Positions 13,232 to 19,968 of a stretch of 36,195 nucleotides of DNA are shown here, one piece after another (the first letter of the stretch is position 1; the number at the start of each line of letters is the position of its first letter). This stretch comes from an uncultured Candidatus Saccharibacteria bacterium (GTDB taxonomy: Bacteria > Patescibacteriota > Minisyncoccia > Sungbacterales > SURF-37). Location of the stretch: assembly GCA_964363965.1 (NCBI GenBank), contig CAYIKH010000003.1, positions 1-36,195 of the forward strand, given 5' to 3'. The position numbers and the translations under genes are program-made. The notes under the pieces were generated by a model. It was given only the letters and a program-made list of their open reading frames with translations, was not told the DNA's origin and ran no database searches.

Positions 13232-14979
13232 ATGTTTGGGCAAAAATACTCCTGCGTGAACATTGGCCAGCACTGATTCTGGCGGTTCTGGTGGGTTTTA
13301 ATTTAGTTTTGCCGGCGCTTACCGCCAAGATCCGCTATGGTATTCCATTTGATAATCCGGCCAACATTCCGGTGGCGGACGAATTTTTTTATTTTGCGCG
13401 AGTACGCGAGGTCATTGACGGCCATCCCACACTAGGCAACCCCTATCTTTGGGAACATAAGTCCAAGCCGCCCTCCCCCGTGTTTCTCGGCGAATACATG
13501 GTGGCTCTTCCAATTATGGCTTGGCAGGAGCTAAGCGGAGAGACCCAACCGCGGGTCGTGGCTTGGGGGGTTTTTTACGATTTCTTCTTCCCGGTGCTCA
13601 TCACCATTCTTGTCTATGCCTGTTTAATTGCAATCACGCGGAGCAGATGGCTAAGTTTGTTGGCGGCAGTGTTGCTTCTCTGGGGATTGTTTCCAAGCGA
13701 ATTTATCCGCCTAGTTAGCCCGCAGTTTAATTTCCTTTTTTGGCTGAGCCTGTTTTTCTTGAGTTATCTTGTAATTCGGTCAAGCAGCGATTCACGACAA
13801 CGGTGGGTGTTGATATCAGCCGCGGCTCTAAACTTCGGAGCACTTTTTTACCTCTACACCTACTACTGGACGTTTTATCTTGCTTTTTTTGTCATCTTCG
13901 CGGCGCTGGCCGTGTGGAGAGGCGAGCGTGCCGCAGTGATCAACGCCGGCGCGATAGTTACCGGCGGCCTTCTCGTTGCCATTCCATATTTTCTCGTAAT
14001 GCTTCGTGCCGTTCGGTTGCCCGAATACGCCGAAACCCTCCGCCGAATCGGCATGATTGACTCGCACTTCCCTTCGGGAATTGCTATTGTCATTCCGGGA
14101 TTTCTGATTCTTGCTGTTATCTTGTGGCTCCTCCGGCGCCGCGTTATTGAGTGGAATGGCGAGACAGTCTTTTTTACCAGCGGTGTTCTGGCTGCCATTT
14201 TGAGCGTCAACCAGCACGTAATAACCGGGAAAAATCTCGAATTCTCAAGCCATTATTACCTGCTTTCGATCTTTTGGTTTACGTTCACCTCGGCCTACCT
14301 ACTGCGACGAATCGTGGAGCGTCCGTTCATCCCGCGGCACCTTGTTAAGCTCGGCGTTCTTGCCGTTACGGCCGCCATTGTCCTACCCAATCTCTATGCC
14401 TTTACCTCAAGGTTTGTCACCATGGCGCGGCCGGTGACATCTTTTGAGCGGGCTATGCCTCTTTTTAACTGGATTGACCACTCGACAACCAAGGATGATG
14501 TCGTAATGTTTATACCGGCGTCACTTTCGGGCGCCATACCGATTTACACCTCAGCCAATGTCTATTTTTCAAACGGCGCGCGGCTCTATTTTGTGTCCGA
14601 TGAGGAGCTGATTGACCGCTTCATTGTGAATCATTTTTTCACTAAAATTGACGAGGATTTGATTAGGCGAAATCAACGGGCTTTGGCCGGAGTGTATGAT
14701 ATTGATGTTGCCGGCCATGCCAAACAGGGAAACAAGTTGCGCCGTCTTCTTGGACTCAAGCCTAAGGCCGTCGAACCTTTCCCGGTATCATTGCCCGTGC
14801 GAGTGAGAGAGCGCGAAAAAGAACTCCGGGCCATGGGGTTTGAGCCTGCGCTCAAACGCTTCCGTATTGACTATATTGTTTGGGACCGTTTTGCCGAGCC
14901 GACTGCTCCATTGGCCACACTGCTGTCTCTGACCAAGGTCGCGGAAGTAAGTGATTTCGTAGTATTAGGCGTAGATTAA
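13219..14979 (+). CDS. Polytopic membrane protein, candidate GT-C-fold glycosyltransferase or glycan polymerase
   Basis: About 11-13 hydrophobic segments over 400 aa plus a ~190-aa soluble C-terminal domain. An Asp-Glu motif (PVADEFFYFARV) sits in the first extracytoplasmic loop after TM1, as in ArnT/PMT-type GT-C enzymes. Confidence 0.5.
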   Translation: MPRINVWAKILLREHWPALILAVLVGFNLVLPALTAKIRYGIPFDNPANIPVADEFFYFARVREVIDGHPTLGNPYLWEHKSKPPSPVFLGEYMVALPIMAWQELSGETQPRVVAWGVFYDFFFPVLITILVYACLIAITRSRWLSLLAAVLLLWGLFPSEFIRLVSPQFNFLFWLSLFFLSYLVIRSSSDSRQRWVLISAAALNFGALFYLYTYYWTFYLAFFVIFAALAVWRGERAAVINAGAIVTGGLLVAIPYFLVMLRAVRLPEYAETLRRIGMIDSHFPSGIAIVIPGFLILAVILWLLRRRVIEWNGETVFFTSGVLAAILSVNQHVITGKNLEFSSHYYLLSIFWFTFTSAYLLRRIVERPFIPRHLVKLGVLAVTAAIVLPNLYAFTSRFVTMARPVTSFERAMPLFNWIDHSTTKDDVVMFIPASLSGAIPIYTSANVYFSNGARLYFVSDEELIDRFIVNHFFTKIDEDLIRRNQRALAGVYDIDVAGHAKQGNKLRRLLGLKPKAVEPFPVSLPVRVREREKELRAMGFEPALKRFRIDYIVWDRFAEPTAPLATLLSLTKVAEVSDFVVLGVD

Positions 14980-14993
14980 CTTCTAGCGGGGGC

Positions 14994-15908
14994 ATGATTT
15001 TAAAGCGCCAACCAGCGGACGGACCATCGTGTCTGGTCTGTGCTAACCCAAAGACCGACTTCGATTTTGCCAAAAAGGATTTTGCCATCTACCGTTGCGC
15101 AAGATGCGGTTTCCAGTTTGTTTACCCTCCGCCGCCGGACACCGCCAGCATCTACAGCGAGGATTATTTCCGCGGGGCCAGGCACGGTTTTGGCTATGTC
15201 AACTACGATGAGGATAAGGTGGCCATGCAGGCGTTCTTTGAAGCCGTACTCAAGGCCATGGAGCGTTTATTGCCGGCAAGAGGGCAGCTTCTTGATGTCG
15301 GAGCGGCGACAGGCTTTTTCCTTAAGCTGGCCCGCGGGCGCGGCTGGGTGGTGGCCGGACTCGAAATTTCCGGCTACGCCAGCCGCCTAGCTCAGCGCTC
15401 CGGCTTGCCGGTGACCCAGGGCACCCTCCAAAGTGCCGGCTACCCATCGAATTCTTTCGATGCTGTAGTCCTCCTCGATGTTATCGAGCATCTATCCGAC
15501 CCGGCCGCATTGGTTGATCAGTGTCGCCGAATTCTCCGTCCCGGAGGGCTTCTGGTCATCAACACGCCGGATACCTCAAGCCTTTGGGCAAGAATCTTTA
15601 AATCGCGGTGGCATGCTTTCTGCCCCCCCGAACATCTTTCTTATTTCAGTCCCTCCAACCTCGGTCGTCTTTTGGACAGTCGTGGGTTTAAAATTGAGCG
15701 TAAAAGCAAGCTAGGCAAGCGATTTAAACCGGCTTATGTCTTTTCTATGCTTTCTAGATGGCAGAAGTTAAGATTATGGGAGCGGCTGGCCAAGTGGAGC
15801 GAGAGTAATTTTCTTAATCGTGTCGCTCTGCCCATAAACATCCGCGATAATTTCTTCATGATCGCCAAGAAAGGGATTGCTGCGGCTAACGACAAGCCCC
15901 GGCTTTGA
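14994..15908 (+). CDS. Class I SAM-dependent methyltransferase with N-terminal zinc ribbon
   Basis: CLVC...CARC zinc-ribbon pair, then LLDVGAATGFFL (motif I) and DAVVLLDVIEHLSDP. Confidence 0.8.
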   Translation: MILKRQPADGPSCLVCANPKTDFDFAKKDFAIYRCARCGFQFVYPPPPDTASIYSEDYFRGARHGFGYVNYDEDKVAMQAFFEAVLKAMERLLPARGQLLDVGAATGFFLKLARGRGWVVAGLEISGYASRLAQRSGLPVTQGTLQSAGYPSNSFDAVVLLDVIEHLSDPAALVDQCRRILRPGGLLVINTPDTSSLWARIFKSRWHAFCPPEHLSYFSPSNLGRLLDSRGFKIERKSKLGKRFKPAYVFSMLSRWQKLRLWERLAKWSESNFLNRVALPINIRDNFFMIAKKGIAAANDKPRL

Positions 15909-15916
15909 GTATTACT
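15905..15916 (+). promoter_or_regulatory. TTGAGTATTACT start-proximal motif (copy 1 of the 12-mer)
   Basis: Identical 12-mer to 19950-19961. It lies 8 nt upstream of ATGGCTG at 15925 and overlaps the upstream stop codon. Confidence 0.3.
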
Positions 15917-15924
15917 GAATAGTA

Positions 15925-17034
15925 ATGGCTGGCCAGAAACCAAGGATCTGCTACATTCTGCCGCGCTTTGACCCTGCTACGAGCAGCCATTTTTTCCATC
16001 TTTACGAAATGATAAATCTTGCCTCCAGGTCTTTGGATATCCGGCTGATCTTGGAGCGATCCAGCCGAAGCACCTTGACGCTTTCGGTGTCTGGCTACAG
16101 ACAAAGATTTGCTTTCCCGCCGTTACGGTTTCTTGAGCTTCTTTTCGTTCTCATTGGCGAACGCCTGTCGGGGCGGAGATTTTTCTACACCCACTACTCC
16201 TTTTACGGAGCTTTTGTCTCCTGGCTGGTGACGCGGCTTTTGGGCGGTACGGCCTATTATTGGAACTGCGGCATGCCCTGGCTCTACCGGCGATCTTTCT
16301 TTGAAGAGGCAGTGTTTCGGTTCATACTCCGCCATACCATTCTGGTAACCGGTACGGCTGGCCTGGCCGAAGAATATGCCCGCCGTTACACTCTCGATTC
16401 CAGCCATATCCGCGTAATGTCGAATTGGATTGATCTTTCTCGTTTCGAAGATGGCCGTGATCGAAAGCACTTCCGAGAGCGGCTGGGAGTTCCGGTTGAT
16501 GCCGAAATGGTGCTTTTTGTCCATCGTTTATCGCGACGCAAAGGCGTTCACCTCCTGCCGGAGATCATGGCCGAGGTTACAAAGCGCAATAGAAATGTTA
16601 TCTTTGTGATTGTTGGCTCGGGACCGGAAGAAGAAAGTTTAAGATTTAAAGTTAAAAGTTTAAAGTTGGAGCCGTATGTGCGGTTGGTGGGCGAAGTGCC
16701 GCATCGTGGTATTCCAGTTTATTTCCACGCCGCCGATATATTTTTGATGCCTTCCGAGGAAGAAGGTTTTCCGCATGTTTTACTTGAAGCACAGGCCAGC
16801 GGTGTGCCGTATGTGGCCAGCGACGTCGGCGGAGTTCGGGAGATCACGCCGCCGGAGCTAGAGCCCTCCGTTGTTGCAGGTGGAGATGTGGGAGGGCTTA
16901 CTGCCAAGCTAAGCGAGCTCCTTTTTCTGTCGGAGCGCGAACGCGCTCGCATCAGCGCTGTCGGGCAGGAGTGGGTGAAGCAGTACGACATTAAAGCTGT
17001 GCTCCCGAAGTTTTTGGAGCTTTTCCAGCATTGA
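15925..17034 (+). CDS. GT4 glycosyltransferase
   Basis: GSGPEE motif and E-X7-E (EEEGFPHVLLEA). Confidence 0.85.
   Translation: MAGQKPRICYILPRFDPATSSHFFHLYEMINLASRSLDIRLILERSSRSTLTLSVSGYRQRFAFPPLRFLELLFVLIGERLSGRRFFYTHYSFYGAFVSWLVTRLLGGTAYYWNCGMPWLYRRSFFEEAVFRFILRHTILVTGTAGLAEEYARRYTLDSSHIRVMSNWIDLSRFEDGRDRKHFRERLGVPVDAEMVLFVHRLSRRKGVHLLPEIMAEVTKRNRNVIFVIVGSGPEEESLRFKVKSLKLEPYVRLVGEVPHRGIPVYFHAADIFLMPSEEEGFPHVLLEAQASGVPYVASDVGGVREITPPELEPSVVAGGDVGGLTAKLSELLFLSERERARISAVGQEWVKQYDIKAVLPKFLELFQH
16637..16671 (+). repeat. Degenerate heptanucleotide tract inside a GT4 ORF
   Basis: gtttaag atttaaa gttaaaa gtttaaa gttggag directly after the GSGPEEE codons. Encodes SLRFKVKSLKLE. Confidence 0.75.
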
Positions 17035-17139
17035 AATCCAAATGCCAAAATCCTAATGTCAAATAAAGCTCAAAATTCAAAATCCAAAACATTTGAGCTT
17101 GGGGCTTTAGATTTGGTTTGACCTTTGGACTTCGGATTT
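17035..17139. repeat. Intergenic heptamer-array imperfect palindrome
   Basis: The left arm is 7-nt periodic, C-rich and G-poor (aaatcca aatgcca aaatcct aatgtca ... ttcaaaa tccaaaa). The right arm is its approximate complement (tttggtt tgacctt tggactt cggattt). The inner perfect 9-bp stem is aagctcaaa (17066-17074) / tttgagctt (17092-17100). Confidence 0.75.
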
Positions 17140-17847
17140 ATGAAGGTCCGGATTATCATTCCCACCTACAACGAAGCCGAGAATATCATCACGCTCATCA
17201 CCGAGCTCCTCAGCCTCATGCCGGCGGATACTCGGATTCTTGTCGTGGATGATAACTCTCCGGATGGCACCGCGGATTTGGTTAGGAATTACATGTCCAG
17301 GGAGGGGCGGGTGTCAATCCTCGCCCGGCCGGGCAAGCTCGGTTTGGGCTCGGCCTATCGAGCCGCGTTCCGTAAGGTGCTCGACGAAGGCTCGGCTGAT
17401 GCCATCGTCACCATAGATGCTGATTTTTCTCACAGCCCCAAATACGTTCCCCAACTGGTTGGAGAGTGTGGGAATAATGATTTGGTAGTCGGTTCGCGCT
17501 ATATTACTGGCGGCGGCATCCGCGACTGGGAGCTTTGGCGCAGGCTCCTTTCATGGGGCGGCAATCTTTATGTTCGGCTGATCACTGGTTCTCCGATCCG
17601 CGACTGCACTGCCGGGTTTTCCTGCATGAGAGCTGATTTTTTGAGAAAAGTGCCGTTTGAGAAAGTGGCCGCCAACGGCTATGCCTGGTGGTTCACCCTC
17701 CGGCAAATGTTTTATCGGCGAGGCGCGCGCATAAAGGAAATCCCCATTGTCTTTACCGATAGGAAATTGGGTCAGTCCAAAATATCAACCCATATCATCT
17801 ATGAAGGGTTGATTGAACCGTGGAGGATCAGATTCTCGAAATTATAG
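17140..17847 (+). CDS. Polyprenyl-phosphate mannose synthase (dolichyl-phosphate mannosyltransferase-like, GT2)
   Basis: MKVRIIIPTYNEAENI...ILVVDDNSPDGT...IDADFSH...RDCTAGF is the typical Ppm1/DPM1 catalytic-domain signature. The ATG at 17140 is preferred over the TTG at 17125. Confidence 0.85.
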   Translation: MKVRIIIPTYNEAENIITLITELLSLMPADTRILVVDDNSPDGTADLVRNYMSREGRVSILARPGKLGLGSAYRAAFRKVLDEGSADAIVTIDADFSHSPKYVPQLVGECGNNDLVVGSRYITGGGIRDWELWRRLLSWGGNLYVRLITGSPIRDCTAGFSCMRADFLRKVPFEKVAANGYAWWFTLRQMFYRRGARIKEIPIVFTDRKLGQSKISTHIIYEGLIEPWRIRFSKL

Positions 17848-17897
17848 CTGCAATGCCAACGTTGCGGTTCAAGCTTTAATAAGCTATTTCCGGGCTT

Positions 17898-18026
17898 CCA
17901 AAATTCCAAGCACCAAGCACCAAATCCCAAACAAATCCCAATGACCAAAATCCAAAATTCAAAACACGTTTGGAATTTCGAATTTTGAATTTGTTTCGAA
18001 TTTCGAAATTCGGATTTCGAATTTCA
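17898..18026. repeat. Intergenic heptamer-array imperfect palindrome (largest copy)
   Basis: The left arm (17898-17966) has only 3 G in 69 nt (ccaagca ccaagca ccaaatc ... caaaatc caaaatt caaaaca). The right arm (17968-18026) is tttggaa tttcgaa ttttgaa tttgttt cgaattt cgaaatt cggattt cgaattt. Confidence 0.8.
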
Positions 18027-18028
18027 CT

Positions 18029-19768
18029 TTGAGTATGAGTGTACTACGAAGACCCATCTTCTTGATTCTGTTTGTTGCCATAATCTTGCGGCTTTGGGGG
18101 ATTGGTTATGCTTTGCCCCAGTTTTTTGTAAATGACGAGCGGGCCAATATCTACGGGGCACTGAAGATGCTTGAGCTTAGAACCCTTGTTCCGGCCTGGC
18201 ATGAAGAAGAATTCCGTAAAGTCCTTTATTATTCGCCCCTGCCCTCGTATTTCTATCTGGTGACGCTAACACCGGTGATTGGCGTACATTATCTTATCTC
18301 CGACGCCGCTGACTTGGCCGAATACAAAAACCGGCTGGCGATTGATTCTGGTTTTATCTTCCTTGCCGCGCGGATCCTGGTGGCTCTGATCGGCGTGGCG
18401 AATATCTATGTCATCTATCTTTTCAGCCGCAAGCTTTTCCAGAGCGAACGCGCCGGCCTCCTAGCGGCGGTGTTTCTTAGCCTTTCTTTCTTTCACGTTC
18501 AGCTTTCTCATGTCACCCGTCACTGGTTGATTGCGACGTTCCTTATATATCTTGCCTGGCTTGCCGTGCTTGGTATCTACCGTACTGGGGCGCTGAGGTA
18601 TTATTTGGGGGCTGGAATAGCGGCTGGCTTGGGCGTTGGGACAAATTCGGCTTCGGCCGTGGCCATGGTGCCGTTGACATTGGCTCATATTTTGCGCGAC
18701 GGCAGCGCGTCTTTTATCCGACGTCTTTTTGGCCGACGATTGATTATTTCGCTCGCGGTCTTCGCGTTCCTGGCCGCGATCCTGATCGCCCTTTACCCCT
18801 ACGGCTTTACCCAAGGCGAAGTCGGTCCAGCCGGAACCGGATTTTTCCTTGGCGGCAAATGGAGAGCATTGGCAGCAAAAAGTTTTTCCGGCTGGCTAGC
18901 CTTTCTTTGGGAGTACTTTAAGTTGCTCCTGCGCTATGAGTGGCCTATTTTCATTACCGCTTTAGTCGGAGGTATCTTGTTTTTGCGTCGGGACTGGCGT
19001 TGGGTAGTAATCACTACCGCCTTTGTTGCGGTCTACCTTACGCTTCTTTATCTCTTTTTCGTCCGCATACCCCGGGGAATGATTTTTATCCTGCCCGGAC
19101 TTGCGGCTTTTGCCGGCTACGGGTTGGATCGTCTTATTCTCTGGTGCCAGAATCGTTTTCGTCCCGCCTTGGTGAGTATATTTTTGATCTTTGGATTTTG
19201 CTTTTTAATTTTCTTTGCTTGGCCTCTGGCTGTTGTGCTCCGTTATGATTATCTCTTGAGCCGCGATGACACCCGAATTCTTGCCAAGAACTGGATTGAG
19301 CGCGAGATCTCTCCGGGTAGCAAGATTCTCACTTATCTTCCCACCCTCCGTCTTAACAACACCCCAGAAGGAGTTCGCCAGTTGGATGAGATTGATTCCT
19401 CGGCTCTGCGTGCTTCTGATCGCGCAATATTAGCTTTGGGCAAGGCCCCATCTCCGGCGTACGCCATACTAAATCTTCATTTCCTCACTTCCGACATTCC
19501 GCTCCGGTCACTTTTGGATCCGGCTGCATTTCGAGCTATGGGCTATCGTTATCTCGCAGTTGAGTATCTTTACCCGGATCAACGCGATCTTGACCCGCAG
19601 GCCCGCTCCCTTGCGTCGCAGGGCCGGCGCGTCGCGCGTTTCGACCAATTTGGCGCAAAGACATTCGAGTATGCCCTAGACATTCGCGGAGAGGTGGATA
19701 CGGTTAGACCCGAGCATCTGTTTTTCATCGATCGTTTTGGGCCGATCGTGGAGATCTATGAACTATAA
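18029..19768 (+). CDS. GT-C glycosyltransferase of the ArnT/PMT (GT39/GT83-like, PMT_2) type
   Basis: Multi-TM N-terminal ~400 aa with NDE in the first loop (FFVNDERANIYGALKM), plus a soluble C-terminal domain. TTG at 18029; the first ATG is at 18035. Confidence 0.8.
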   Translation: MSMSVLRRPIFLILFVAIILRLWGIGYALPQFFVNDERANIYGALKMLELRTLVPAWHEEEFRKVLYYSPLPSYFYLVTLTPVIGVHYLISDAADLAEYKNRLAIDSGFIFLAARILVALIGVANIYVIYLFSRKLFQSERAGLLAAVFLSLSFFHVQLSHVTRHWLIATFLIYLAWLAVLGIYRTGALRYYLGAGIAAGLGVGTNSASAVAMVPLTLAHILRDGSASFIRRLFGRRLIISLAVFAFLAAILIALYPYGFTQGEVGPAGTGFFLGGKWRALAAKSFSGWLAFLWEYFKLLLRYEWPIFITALVGGILFLRRDWRWVVITTAFVAVYLTLLYLFFVRIPRGMIFILPGLAAFAGYGLDRLILWCQNRFRPALVSIFLIFGFCFLIFFAWPLAVVLRYDYLLSRDDTRILAKNWIEREISPGSKILTYLPTLRLNNTPEGVRQLDEIDSSALRASDRAILALGKAPSPAYAILNLHFLTSDIPLRSLLDPAAFRAMGYRYLAVEYLYPDQRDLDPQARSLASQGRRVARFDQFGAKTFEYALDIRGEVDTVRPEHLFFIDRFGPIVEIYEL

Positions 19769-19926
19769 ATTTCTAAATCCTAAACTCGAAATTCGAAACA
19801 AATGACGCGGAGCGTCATCCTGAGCGAAGCGAAGGATCTCGTTGGAGTTCCTTCGGGCTTCGCCCTCAGCATGACCCGCCTCGGGCAGGTCAGTTTAGGA
19901 TTTCGGATTTCGTGCTTCGGATTTTA
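19769..19926. repeat. Intergenic heptamer-array palindrome with a nested GC-rich hairpin
   Basis: Left arm aaatttc taaatcc taaactc gaaattc gaaacaa. Right arm agtttag gatttcg gatttcg tgcttcg gatttta. Perfect 12-bp inverted repeat aaatcctaaact (19775-19786) / agtttaggattt (19892-19903). Confidence 0.75.
19814..19875. repeat. GC-rich imperfect hairpin (REP/MITE-like palindromic unit)
   Basis: gtcatcctgagcgaagcgaagg ... ccttcgggcttcgccctcagcatgac. The stem is ~21 bp with one mismatch and two 2-nt bulges, centred between the AT-rich arms. Confidence 0.7.
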
Positions 19927-19949
19927 TAATGACACCGCAGCCGAGTAGG

Positions 19950-19961
19950 TTGAGTATTACT
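19950..19961 (+). promoter_or_regulatory. TTGAGTATTACT start-proximal motif (copy 2 of the 12-mer)
   Basis: Identical 12-mer to 15905-15916. It lies 7 nt upstream of ATGGCTG at 19969. Confidence 0.3.
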
Positions 19962-19968
19962 CATTGTC

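Noticed and set aside
13828-14217. 129-aa and 111-aa minus-strand ORFs within the polytopic membrane-protein gene
   Set aside because: They are antisense to a long ORF with coherent TM-helix periodicity and have no independent support.
17848-17897. Small stems after the mannose-synthase stop (caacgttg palindrome; aagct/agctt) as a terminator
   Set aside because: The stems are only 4-5 bp, with no adjacent T-run. This is not distinguishable from chance.
17035-19926. Heptamer arrays considered as a CRISPR array or minisatellite-type coding repeat
   Set aside because: The units are 7 nt with no 25-40-nt spacers and no repeat-spacer alternation, and no cas genes are present. They are therefore described as short-period inverted arrays, not CRISPR.
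15905-19961. Treating the identical 12-mer TTGAGTATTACT pair as significant purely because it is repeated
   Set aside because: Roughly tens of identical 12-mer pairs are expected by chance in 36 kb. Only the shared placement 7-8 nt before ATGGCTG start codons, plus the two further TTGAGTATG starts, makes it worth reporting.
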